A stretch of DNA of 58,581 nucleotides, taken from Catajapyx aquilonaris (lineage: Eukaryota). Where the stretch lies: positions 1 through 58,581 of the forward strand of contig JYFJ02002351.1 in NCBI GenBank assembly GCA_000934665.2, read 5' to 3'. Positions within the stretch are counted from its first letter, which is position 1, and the number at the start of each line of letters is the position of its first letter. Made by a program: the position numbers and the translations under genes. Below the pieces are notes generated by a model. That model ran no database searches and was not told where the DNA came from. It worked only from the letters and a program-made list of their open reading frames with translations. Shown here piece after piece: positions 22,258-35,200 of this stretch.

Positions 22258-25200
22258 TTAGTTCTTGTACATGTCGCAGAGGACTTTTTCCATGGGAGTG
22301 GAGCCGATGGTGCGCTGGAAGAAGAGCTGCTCGACCCTGCTGGTTGGCACGGATCGGAGCAGGGGCAGCATCAGCAGCAGGCGGCCGAAGCGGGCGGGCT
22401 GCCCCGGGTGCTGGGCGCGGGCGTGTTGCCCCAGCATCACCTGGGCCTGGTCCTGGAGGTTTTCCACCTGCAACGGGTCCTTCAGACCACGGGTCTCTAA
22501 AAGGAATCGGGCAATTATAACAGATCATCAAACTTCTCCTAACTAAAAAATAATATACGCCAAAAAGGAATATAGTGGTTTCCCATATTTTTAGGGCCAC
22601 CTACATTGGGCATAACTTGCAAGAAATCAAATCTTCTGAAATATTATTGTCTCAAGCATATCGGTAATATTACAATAACCATTGTTTTGTAGAACATATT
22701 CCTCAATTTTAATCATTTGGAACCTTATGAATGATAAAACAACATTAAGTCTGCATCGAATTTTAGTGTGACAGTATATTTTAGTCCAACAAAGGTCATT
22801 ATTTTTTCATTCTTTTTTTTGGCAATTTGCATGTTTAGTATAATTTCTATTATAATTATTTCGTGCTGTGTTACTCGGGAGTCACGATATCACGAGTCTG
22901 TCAACTCTCGTACATTGGGGTACCCTACGTATATATGGGTTAAGTCAGATGACAATAATAGGAGGCAGAAAGTTATATCTCTTCAGATATAGCCGGCCCG
23001 CCCTTACTTCGACATTACGTCGTCATTTTGTTTACCAACTCCTAGTCAACAGAAATCTGGCAAACACACCCCAGGAACCTCACACTTTTCAAGTTTTCAT
23101 GGACATGCCCTCATGCGACAATGGGAGTAAAAATTGTTCTACTGTTTAGGCCTACTCCTTATTGCTGTATGAGGGGATTTATTCCATGGAAACTTGAAGC
23201 GTGGGTGGTTCCAGGGGTGCGCTTGGCCCATTTCTGTTGACTAGGAGTTGGTAAACAAAACGATGACGTAAGGTCGAAGTAAGGGCGGGCCGCCTTTTTT
23301 TATAGGCTGAGTTGCTGACCTTTCTCGAGGTAATTGATCCAATTTCCATTAGCTGCTTCAGGCAAGATGGTCCCATCTACAGTATAAAGCGAAGTATTTT
23401 GACAGGTGGTCCTAATAATATGAGCAACCTCTGCAGACATATGCTAAACAAGATCTGAAGCGACACTGACCTGTCTTGAAGAGGACAATGGCCTTCAGGC
23501 AGGCAAACTCTGCCGGGTCGACCCCAACAGCCTTGAAGCGCAACAATGCATCGTTGAGTAACCTGACATCCGCCCCCACTTGACTGGCCTTCCCATTGGG
23601 CGCACCCTGGGCGTGCTCGGCTGCCGAAAAGAGCGGACTGGCATCCAGGGGCAGGCACCACTGGATGGCATTCAGCACAAACAGCTCAGCCCACGCCTCT
23701 TCCAGCAGGATCACCTGAATAAAAGTGACAGAGGTCAGAGAAGTCCTCCCAGGAATAAGACATGTGGTGGGTCACCTGGTCGCGGAAGGGCAGACTGGCG
23801 AAAGAGGGCAGGTTCTTGGCCCATTTGACCGCCATGAAGAGAAGCCTGGCCGATGTCTCGTAGATGGTCTCCTGACCCGTGGAGTAGGTCTGGGCCTCCG
23901 CGGCGAATGCAGGGGCCACACTCGGAGGGGCAGGGGGCATCGAGGCAGATGACCTGCTGGCCGGCTCCTCGCTGGCCACGTCGATGCTGTCCTCTGATGG
24001 CACGAGCGGATCAGACTTTTTGACTCACCCTGCTGGTCACCCACTAGCTGAAGTCACTTAATTAGCAATTATTTGACCGGCAGCAATTATTATTATTAGC
24101 CCCTCCCCAGCTACACATGGCCCTATTCATACATTATGACAGCATGTTATATCACGAAAATCTTTCGAGTGGAAAATTCACTCGAACTTTGAGAGAATTT
24201 CACTCCACAATGATTTTACTTTCACTCAAATCGAGTGGGAATTAGTCGAAAGAAGAGTGAAAATGAGTGGGAAACTACTCTTTCAGTAAGACCCACTTCA
24301 TTCAAATTGAGTGGTCATTTCTCTCACACTGAGTGATTTTCCACTCGATTTTGGAGAAATGATCGGTCTTTTTGAGTGAAAATTTTCACTCGAGTGATAG
24401 CGTTAATTCACTCAAAATGAATGATCATTTGGCCCAAAATGAGTGGGAAAACGCTCGCAATTTTTTTTAGAGTGTAGGTACCTTCGTCCTGCTCCAATTT
24501 GGGGGCGGACTCCAGCGACGGTGGCATGACAGCGGGTGCGTACCGAGTGGAGGCCACGCTCCCGGCAAAGCCCATGGCCAGGGATACGGGTGTTCTGCAA
24601 GTAGTAGAGAACCTGAGGTAAGGTTGGATGCCGGGGTTGAAAAGAGTCGGTGTTTGTGACTGACCCGAAGACCCCGACGGCCACGGCGGCCTCTCGCAGC
24701 GCCCGCTCTTGGTCCATTTCGACCAGCGCTTCAGGCCGGATGGTCGCTGTGTTTCGGGGCTGCCTTTCGTTTTGCACAGCTATGTGGGATGGACCCAAGG
24801 AATCATCAGTCCAGTGGCCAAGACGACTTCCTGCCACGAGGACTGTAAGTCTTCTTTCTATAGTACGCAATTTCAATTTCCCACGCTCAGACCACCCTAC
24901 AGCTCTCCCAATCAAAATCTCAATGTCCTTGCAATAAAGGTGCGGTTACACCCAATTATAGAAATCTGCCAATTATTGTGGGAGAAGTGACTAAATTTTG
25001 AAGCATGCACTGTTTACGTACTTATTAACCAATCTTACTGTACAAAAAAATGTAAAATATCGTGTGGCTGAACATGTGCGTGGCAGAACTTAACACTAGG
25101 CCTCCGTAACCCCTAATAGTAACCACTAACATATTAATGCAACGTAATAATTGCAAACAGGACACCTCACAGCACACTATATAATTTTAAAAAAATAAGG

Positions 25201-28200
25201 CCTACCTCTCATGGATGCAATGAGTGGAATGACCCTTTAAAAGTTGGTCAGCTTAGCGCATCTTATTGACGACGAAGGGCTTTTCCGCTTTGAGCATTTT
25301 TTTCCGGTACGTGCCTTTTATCTGCTGCTGTAATTATTACTTTTGCGGTTATGAGGATTTTCAGTTCCCAGCCCTTGATTGACTCCCTTCAAAGAACCCA
25401 CGGATTTCCAACTCCCCCCGCACATTAATCCCCACCCTCTTCCCCAAAACTCGCCTGAAACATTCAGGATTGCCTGAGAGGAAGCCACAACGACCTCCCC
25501 CCCCCCCTCTCTTTCTGTGTGTATATCTCTCCCTGAGGCGACCGAGTGTGAAAACCCGTTGGTTCCCAACCGGAAAACATTGCCACATGCAGTCATTATT
25601 AATGACACCCCAGCAGCAGCAGCAGCAGGTTTCCCTTTGAGGTTAGGATAAAAAGGAATAAATTGGTTCCGGAGAATAGGTCATCATCATCATCACCGTG
25701 GGCGACACCAAACGACGACTCGACAGCATCTCTGCCGCAATAAGCTTCGTTGGTGTCTGGAAGCGTCTGCCTGAAAACCCCCCGCTGTATGCAAATGTGT
25801 GCCCGGGCCTTTTCCTGCTAATTATGACGCATCCTCTGGCACCAAGCAGATTGGCCTCGTTAGCCAAAATCCTTTCAGGGGACCTGGCTTAAACGCGCAA
25901 CCTGTAAGATCTGACTCACCCTCCTATGTATACAGGCTGGTGTACTATCCAGGAAATCGGCAGTGTATGTAATTCCTAACGCCATTGTCGCAATTTTATT
26001 TGGTGCGAGGGTGGGGCCAAAATGGGTTGGATTTTCTGTGGGGGTGGTGTGGGTGGGAAGAATCGATTCGGCTGCTGCATGCTGCGCACAAAGGTCGGCG
26101 CCAGAAAAGTATGTCCCCCAGCCTGAAACATTCCCCGAGAGATGATGCTTACCGTCCTTGTTCATGCCCATCTGCAAGCACTTTTTCAGGCGGCAGGCCT
26201 GGCACTGGTTGCGATGGGCCTTGTCCACCACGCAGCCTCCGGTTCCGGCCTGGCACCTGTGGAAAACAGAGACCACTGTTTTGTCTATTCTCTATAATCA
26301 AAAAGGACGTCCCTACCTGTAGATGAGCTTCCTTCGGACGCTGCGTTTGAAGAATCCGCTGCAGCCGTTGCAGGCCAGGATTCCGTAGTGCTTACCGGAA
26401 CTGGTGTCCCCGCAGACCACGCAGGTCAGCCCAGTGGCGGCCCTCTTGTTGGCGGCCAGGCCCAGCTGGGGCGGACCCACCCCGGGGGGAGAGCCCAGGG
26501 CGGAGGAGGGGGATGCGGCAGAGAGGAAGACGGAGGTCGGGGGCGGACCAGGGGCGGAGCTGGAGGGGGCGGTCGGGGTCAGGGGCCGGGGAGGGGATCT
26601 GCTGGCCTGGACCACCGTCTGAGGGGGCGAAGGAACAGAGATGTTCCCGGGGCAAACCAGAGGGGACGGGGATGGACTTCTTCTGCCGGGACCATCTGAA
26701 ACCGGACACAACACGACACTTCTATGTTCTATTGTAATCAATGACGCTCCTATTCACTCTAATGAACCGTTTTCAAAAGAGTACGACACGAGCACTTTAT
26801 ATGCTCTTCACATGAGAGATGATAAGTACACACACCATTCGAAACCTGAATCGAGTTCCGTTCATGAATGGGATGTTTCTATGCAATAATTTTAGCACTT
26901 TTTCGTATTATTCGCTTGTGCCCCGCCCCCTTCATGATTAACAACTAATACTTCCTTGAGAAAAGTTGAATTGGGCTCTTGCAGTCTTAACGATTTAATA
27001 GTTTTTATTCATTATTTGTATGCTTCCCGTGTTCACTCATCATGTACCGGTATATTATAGCCTATATAGAGTGCAAGTGGTTGAAATGGCAAAAATTGAT
27101 TTTGGGTCATTTCAATCTGTTGGTAATATTTCTGAAAGATTTATAAAATATCGGGTACATCATGCATATTGTATAAGTAACAAAATACAGTAATATTACT
27201 CCTATTTAAATATAAAATGACAAGGTTAATTCTTCATTCGCCCCTTACTGCAACGGAAAATAATGTACACTCGATTGTCAAATAAGTGTCCCAAATTCTG
27301 GTTTAATTCCAACGATCTGCTGTTCTTATTAAGAGGCCATACTGTGTCGTACACCATCATTATATATGGTGGATACGTAATTATCAACCAATTAATACAC
27401 AAATATCTGGCAGCACCCCCCAAAAACATTGCACTTGACAATTGATTACCAATCTCATCCCCTGTCAAAATGCAACCGCGTAATCCGTGACCCCCCAAGT
27501 GGTTAAAAAGAGGGGGCCATCTGCCAGTGTCCTCTCCCGGCATAAGATACTCCGTAACAAAATAATCCGGGTCGAATAGGGGAGAGGAATAAAAAAGAGA
27601 GGGGACCTGCAATAGAGAGTGCTGTGTCGTGTGTGTGTGTGGAGCAAAGCGTGATTGTGCGCATGGGCCGTGGCTTGTAAGTCTGCGCGCCCCATCTGGC
27701 GAAGGCTTGATTAGCGTGTCAATAGAGTCGCCGTGGGGCCGGAGCAATTCCGGCCTTATTTGCGGCGCGAGTGCCAAGATTGGAGGCCAATCGAAAATTA
27801 ATTATCCCCAGCGGGGGCTGCACTGGCGTTTAATCAAGCTGAAGAGGCACGAGCTGCGGATCTAAGGGTGTTAGGCGGGAATAGATATGCTAATGAAATT
27901 TCGCAAATTGCTCCCCTCCTTTCGGCTGCGAGGCTGAGGGATGAAAAATGGGCGCAAAAAAGGTGAAGGGAGGAAGGAAGTGGGTGGGTGATGGGAAAGG
28001 GAAAAGGGGGGGGACATGTCTTGGAAGGAGAAGGAGGGGGGTTGGAGACTATAGCTCTCCCCCCCCCCCTTCCCCCTTTTCGCCTGTAAACAACATCGAG
28101 GGATTCCTCTTCATATTCACTTGCAAATGTCTTCCCTGCGCTGGGCTTACTTGTCGTTAATCTTCCTTCATTAAGTGGAGCTTCCGGAGTTGCGGTGTCA

Positions 28201-31200
28201 TAATCCCAAGAGCACCTTTTTCACATAGAACTTGCATGTTTATGCCACGATGGCTGACTTGGCGATACTGATGGCAGTTGGCGGTTTATAAACGCGCGAT
28301 TTATGCAGATCATAACTATTTAAAACGGAAGTGATATGAGTTTTTCGACTGAATCAGTTTAATGTGGTCTTGATACATGGCGCTGAAATATAGTGCCGGC
28401 TTACGTTTGCAAAATAATCCCCACCCAACAATGTGGGATTGAAATCATAATGCAGTATTTAGGTGTTTCATCTATAGAGACGGGAGAATAATCACAATTA
28501 TATTAACGTTTGATATGTTATTTTTGGTGCACATATACTTTTAGAAGCAAGTTACACATTAACGAAAACTTACAAGGTAGAAACAACTGATAGTTTTTGA
28601 CAAAGTAAAAGCGATATTCTATACACATCCACATGTTTGACATAGATTTTTCAATGTACGATATGTGCTATAATTAATTTCAGTCATCAGTTACTATTCG
28701 CTTCTGTGTAAGGCTGGTAACTTTGCCTTTGAATGAAGACTGCTATTATATGCTTAAAATATAATCTTTAACTTTCTTCCAGAAATTACGTAATATGAAT
28801 TTTAAAAATCTTGCTCCCAATATTAGCTCAAGATATTTCAAAATGCTTTGTTAGAAGAAAGCTTATAGACTGTGTGCTGTATGATATTCAACAATAATTG
28901 AAGTAATGACTACAGTGAATTCCTAAATGAATGGGCTTACATCTGCTTGAACAGCTAATGAATGACAAGGAAGATAGATTATAATGATTCGCACGAGAAA
29001 AACCAGCGAATTCCCCTTTTATCTTGATTGCGTTCATGTAACCAGGCATAATGCATTGCCGCTCACTAAGCACAATATGCCGCGTAACTACTTAACCTTC
29101 ACTTAACATTTATGCAAATGCAATCACTTTGTTGCGTCCCCAACGTGACAGAACCTCGTCCGCAATTTCCTGCCCAGCTTGTCCTAGCTGGTGTGCGTAT
29201 ATCGTAATTCCCTCTCCAGCCCGAGAGTAACCAGTGCGAGACGACTTGAGTCGGAAAAAGAACGCCAACTCGCATAAAACGTCGCAAGTGCAGTTAGACC
29301 CAGTACAAACACGGAACCCCCGAGTTGGCGCAGGAGGACAAATCCTCAGGGGAGGATCCACTGAATCCGTCGGCCTTATTTCAGATCCCTCCACCAACTC
29401 CAGGGAGAACTCGGAGGGGTGTGTGGGGGGTGGTTGTATATATGTATATACCAGAGAGGTTCTTGTACAAGCAGCAGTCCGCCCTGGTGGATTAAGCCCG
29501 TGCGGCCCTCTTCCTTAATCCCGCCCTCAAAGGCATGCACTTTCCCCCAACCCCTCCTGCCTCGCTCCCAGCTAACCTTTTCCCGTCAAAAGCATCAAAG
29601 AGGTCGCATCTTTTTCCAAGCGTCAGACGTACTACGGAAGAGACGTCGATCGGAAAGGGAAAAAGCCACGTCTTTGGCGGTAGCAAACGATCTGATCCGC
29701 ACCAGTTTCCGAATCTCCCCAGCCATAAATATTTATAGGAAAGTAAGTCCAGGCAGCCTAATCCCGTTCTGATGAGCCACAAAAGAGGAGATTCCCCCCC
29801 CCCCCACCCCCCTCTTCCTCCTCGCCCACTTCATCCACCATATTCGGGCAAAGGATCATGCTGAAAAGTCACCTCCGCATCTGTTATGCATGTGAGCTTG
29901 TGTAGGGGAAAACGCAATGTCATTTCTCCAAAAAGGGGTGGTCTCATGTCAAACAGTATTGTCATGGATATACGTACCAACCATTAGAGAAAGTTGTTTC
30001 AGCCTTCTGCACGCTCCTGATACATGTACAGGGTACTTATGTATAATTAGTAAAGATTCTACCATATATGTTACGTGTGGGGGGAGGCGGAGTGGTGCTG
30101 CGGTAACGTATGCGTCCACGGATGTTAAGGTCCCGGGTTCGATCCCAGCCCGGGGACACCCCCTTCATCTCGTGCAGAGTTCAGGGTCACCTCTGGCTTC
30201 GACTCGGGTGGTATTTCCACAGACTAAACCACCCGGGGGAGTTCACTAAAAATGGCCACATAAAGACATTGCACTGCACCTTGCACATCCCCTCCTGTCA
30301 TCCTGCCCGTGGGCCCGGGCGCTTCAATAATTAGGTTCCAAATATGTAGCCTACATCGTACAAATAAAGGTCCGTGCTACATGCCGAGAAGGCCAAGCAC
30401 TACCCGGATATTTAAATATATAGATTATGTTACGTGTGGTGGTCACTAGTTGTTGCTGACTTTAAAGGGACGAAACCCATATTTTTCACTGTGTCCAATG
30501 GCTTGTGTACTGAACAGAACAATAAATTGGAATCAAAACACTGTAGATGTATTTGGGTGTATTTGATGGGTAATGCAATATTGCGCGCCTTGAGTGAAAG
30601 AGGAGTGGTTTCATCCTAGCTTGTATACAACCGCACCCTTGTATCACGGGAAGTATAATCGACAGGCGCAGAAATTTCCAACATTAGTCGGCTAACTTAT
30701 GCGCCTCTCTTGTGTACTATCGGACGCAAAAAGAATGTCCGGGGAGAGTCTTCGTTCAGCCTGGTGGAGGCAAACCATTGCACAGATGTGTACACACACA
30801 CTTGTGTGTACGTCCGTGCTTATCTGCTGAGCTTTTTCCCTCCTCCCTTAGCTACCCAGGTGCAATGGTTTGCCTCCACCAGGCTGAACGAAGACTCTCC
30901 CCGGACATTCTTTTTGCGTGCCTATGTACCTTATTGCATCCTTCGTAGTGTAGTCAGGGTGCATCAAACAGAAAAATGTTGATCGGCTTATAGACTATCA
31001 TACGCATAGACCTTCAGTTAAGAAAAGTCGGAATATGAAAGCCAAAATGTTGTTCACCCTTCCACGAATGCAATTTGCACAAAGTTTTCTTGAGCTAGGC
31101 AGCAGCACCGCCAACTGGAATTAGGCAATAACTCAGGAGGGTCATCCTCACCGGTGAGTGCAATAAATCCTTGCACCAGAATATACGTACACTCTGTGGC

Positions 31201-34200
31201 TGAAACAGTATTCAAGCGTCTAGCCTAATTCTCAAGAGCCACATGAGTCTCCCCACTTGACCGGTATAGTCTCGCTGTCAAGATGAACTTGCCTTTTCCC
31301 GCGAAATTGTCGTGGTACGTTGATGGCAAGGAAATTGAAACACGGTCATTTTTTAGTCAGAATAATAATGTAACGTGGAGTTCAATATTGAATTTAAGAA
31401 TGATGCGGGCAGAGCCATTATAATTCTTACCAAAATTCTGGCTCATTATTATTTCTTACATCTTGACATTAATTAATCTGCTTTAATTTATTGTTTTACT
31501 CTTGTCATGTTGCCCTTTTATGCAGACGATAAAATAATAATAAGCCTTAGATTGGCCGAACTGCCATACCAGTTCTGCGGATGTGAATAGATTACAAAAG
31601 GAACTCGAGTGACAACATTTTAACATGCATTCTGATCTTATTACCTCTCATCAGTGCAAAGAAAACTGTAGTAATTATTTTTGAAATTATAATGCTTTGC
31701 ATAGGATTTATACGTACACGATGTATTCCAACTAGATTCCGGCACGTAATTATACAATTCAATTGACTAAAAAAAGGAATTGCGCTCTCTAAGCTACACA
31801 GCATATGCGAAAGCAAAACCTTGACGCACTGTAGCGTTCACGAAAATGGAGGACCGCGGAAATAACTTTTTGCACATTGAGGATAAGTTGTATAAATGTA
31901 AGAAGAGCAAATTAAAGGGTTTCAAACTGCCAATTTGCAAAGAGATTTCAAACTGTCAGTCTGACCATTAACTCCTGAAATAATGGTTTCACTTAGGACT
32001 ACCCATGGGTCTATTTTAAACCAAAAGTATACTGTATACTGTACAAGCATACAGGGGAAGAAAAGAATCAAGATGCCAATGGTAAAACCTTATCCAACAA
32101 ATCATAATCATCATCCGAACATTCTGATCGGTGGCAAATTTTTATCCCTGGCATCTTAATTCTATTATTTCTATGCCTGCTCGTTACATACCGGTATTAA
32201 AGAATTGTGTAATTATTTGCTGCGAAGTTTAATTGCTACATGCGGGGCAATTTAACTCTCATTTTGTGTTTGTCACTGCGTAGGAGATAGTCTGCAGATA
32301 TTCAGTCGTTTAGTAGCCGTGGTAGACGGATCGTTTGCTCTGTATAATATTTCCTACCTACACTTCTAACCTAATAAAACTTATTGCGCTCGTCGGGTAT
32401 TGATGGCTCTAAGCCAAACATGTATTTTAATCTCGGAATAAACCAAGGGATCGTCATACCTTAAGTCAATGCGGTTACTGAATAAAGTTATCGACCACAC
32501 TGTATAATCGCAAAATCCAGTTGTAATTGTAATCCTTATGCCATTCGAGGCTTCAAGAGAAAGTCAGACTTGAACAGTATAGCCTTAACGATATTTTAAC
32601 CAATTAAATAGGGATTTCAAACCCATAAACAATTTGTTTCTAGAAAAACTAAGTTTATTGATGATCGCTTGCGTCGTGTTTCAAATGATCATCGGATATT
32701 CTGGATAATTTATTGTTGCCTTTTATTGTGGTCCCAACAAGAGTCGGGGAGTTTTATACATGGACAAAAATTATACAGTATATATATTCTAGTCATATTG
32801 GAAGGTGGAAGAAAAACCTCATTTTCAAGTTATCAGGCATATCCTGTCCATGAACTTTCTAAGCGTCCTGAATATAAAACCGCACAAGGCAATGCGTTTT
32901 ACAATATCAGCTGAGTCCCTACACAATCATTTTTGGCACATATGGCAGTAACATATTAAAGCACTTTGTAGCAATGATTCTTAAATAATTTCGCAAGTCA
33001 GTAACATCACTTCCGAAGAGTGCTTGATATTGGTACACAGTTTCCAGTGAACGAAAAAAGACGTCTAATATATACAGTAGCATAACTGTTGATGTGAAAG
33101 AAAGCCAAAATGGCTAAATTCGCACCAATCGATAAAGTGAGTTTTTGTGAGTGATTCTTGTTTGTGAGGGATGTGGGTGTCTCCGACATTGATGGAATAT
33201 CTGCTCACTAAATCTAACAAAAAACTAAGCCGTATTACCTCTCAATACATATTACACGTCCCTCCCGTATTTTAGGGTCATTCTTTCTCCTTGTTTGCGT
33301 ACCAAAAAGCAAATGGAATTTCCAGCTGGATCTCGCAGGCCATTTTAAACAGCACATAAAAATTATAAACCGACAATAGATATTTACACGCTGAAAGAAT
33401 AAAGAGGCGCATGCATGTTATTTTGATGCTCCTCAATCACGCATTGACTGCGAAACCCTTCAATAATTTCCTAAGTGACGGTATTTTTAACATCACAATG
33501 GGAAATACGCTTCTCATATGCTAACACTACAGTAATACTTCACTATACTGGATTGCTCACGACTGAATTTATGCGACACAATAACATTTTAAACATCCAA
33601 GATCTAAGACCAGTGAAGCGCGCAGAACTTATTGGCAAAAGCAGCACAATTTTGGTGTGCACCTATAAACCGACTGAAAGCAATTGAGGAGCCCTGTAGC
33701 ACAAACATTGTCAATCAAATTCGACATTGTCAATCTGATAATAGTACGCCACATTCCTATAAATCTTACCAACTCTGCAATCTCAGAAAAAATTAGCCAC
33801 GGAAAGTCACACCAATATTAGATCGTAACGCGTCTATACGTACTGCATGGTCTAGTATCTTCCATTAGATTTAAAATAGCGTCCTTGATGTGTTTTAGAA
33901 ACATCGAGCAGTAAAACACGCACTTTTAGACTCTTGTGTTATCATCACCGCATCAGTTAGATCCTGGCAAATTAATTACATCAGTCTATATTGTGTGTTA
34001 TAAAATTTAGCTCACATTGGTAACGCGAACACTTGCCTTGCAGCCGTCTCATCTGCAAATTTGGCCAATAATTACTTATACCAGCGGGGGGAAGAAACTT
34101 TGTAATGGTGTAAGGCAACTTACTAAGTACACTTTCACATGAGACGGAAATGAGCGTCCCGGGGTTTTCGCAATACTGCTGTTAGCTCAGTTCTAAAACA

Positions 34201-34658
34201 CACTCTCAATGACACAACACAGACCTAGCTTATCTCCACCAAATAAAATATTCCAGCACATAATTGTCCGCCTCGCTATTAAAAATTCCTGCAGTGATTC
34301 GGCAAGCACCTGTCGCATCCCTGAATGGCCGCAGCAAGTGCCTTAAAAATCCGGCCTATCAGCACCCCGCCTCTCATCCTACAATCTATCTATCTAACCA
34401 CCTAGGCCCTACCCCTTTTGTAAAATGGGCTCCTCATCCGGAGAAGCAAATACGGGTCCATCCATCCATCCATCCATCCATCCGCATGTATCGATTGGGT
34501 CTTGGTGCAGCCCCTGGAGGAGCTGATGGCCAATGGGCCGGCTACAAGCATTGAAGCTCACCTGCACCACCGTCGTTGACGTCTGCGGCTGCTGCGGCTG
34601 CCGCTGCTGCCGCCGCCGCCGCCGCTGCAACTGCCGCAGCCACGGCTCCAGCCTCCAT
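22258..34658 (-). CDS. NR2E3: Photoreceptor-specific nuclear receptor orthologue (PNR / Hr51 / unfulfilled), ~502 aa, 8 coding exons
   Basis: Exons 34658-34562, 26695-26317, 26256-26153, 24779-24665, 24594-24482, 23993-23776, 23714-23471, 22496-22258 (1509 nt, phases consistent). [34 protein letters not shown]...[36 protein letters not shown]...[12 protein letters not shown]. The first exon (poly-Ala, upstream in-frame TGA, phase-1 GTGAGC donor) is less certain than the rest. Confidence 0.93.
22991..23295. mobile_element. Palindromic MITE in the last NR2E3 intron
   Basis: Arms 'ggcccgcccttacttcgac..tttgtttaccaactcctagtcaacagaaat' and their reverse complement, extending imperfectly for ~100 bp. 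Confidence 0.8.
24155..24476. mobile_element. Repeat-rich MITE fragment (CACTC/GAGTG sub-repeats)
   Basis: Dense 'gagtgaaa/tttcactc' motifs ending in 'tttttttagagtgta'; only one terminus is recognisable. Confidence 0.55.
30081..30425 (+). mobile_element. tRNA-derived SINE, full length, in NR2E3 intron 1
   Basis: Head almost identical to the 2276 copy; 14-bp TSD TATGTTACGTGTGG (30067-30080, 30426-30439). Confidence 0.9.
30721..30922. mobile_element. MITE with a perfect 60-bp inverted repeat (possibly PIF/Harbinger-type)
   Basis: 30724-30783 is the reverse complement of 30860-30919; TAT flanks both sides. Confidence 0.8.
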
Positions 34659-34989
34659 CCTCCTCTTATTCGACTCGAAGATTGGTCAAGCAGTGGGCAA
34701 ACCTTCTTCAGTGATCCCCGGCGCAGCGACTGACTGCCGCCTCGTCAAAGGTTGGTCTATAAGTCCTGGTCATGGCGTCGACGTCGTCAGCAGCAGCGGC
34801 AAAACTTGGCGTCGTGAAGTCACACCCCAACCCCCAAACTGCGGCTGAGACGTCTGTTGCTGCGACCGTTTGCTGCCGCCGCTGCTGCCACACCTCGAGG
34901 GGGTCACTCCTGACCTCTGTCCCGTCCTGAAGCGGCGCGGGGGACTTTTGTTGGCGACGCCCCGTGGAATAAAGTTCCCATCAAAATCC

Positions 34990-35200
34990 GGGGGCTCCGG
35001 GAGTTTGGCGTGTGATTTTTCAAGCCGGTTGCAACAAGGCGCCCTCGTCCTATCATGGCTGATGCGTGCGGGCATCACGCCCATTGATTGGCTGCCGGCT
35101 GCCATATCGTCGAGCTCAGCTAATCCTATTGGCTGCGGCGCTTGTCGTCTGCAGCCTGACGTCGTGATTCCATTGGTCGCCGCGCAGCCGGCGTCGACTT
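34990..35200 (-). promoter_or_regulatory. Candidate NR2E3 proximal promoter
   Basis: GC/CpG-rich; three CCAAT boxes on the - strand (ATTGG at 35087, 35128, 35172), TAATCC at 35121 and a CRE-like TGACGTC at 35157, 430-520 bp upstream of the ATG. Confidence 0.45.

Noticed and set aside
34576..34848. + strand poly-Ala ORF and overlapping Arg/Gln-rich ORFs
   Set aside because: Antisense or alternative-frame shadows of the GCN repeat in NR2E3 exon 1.
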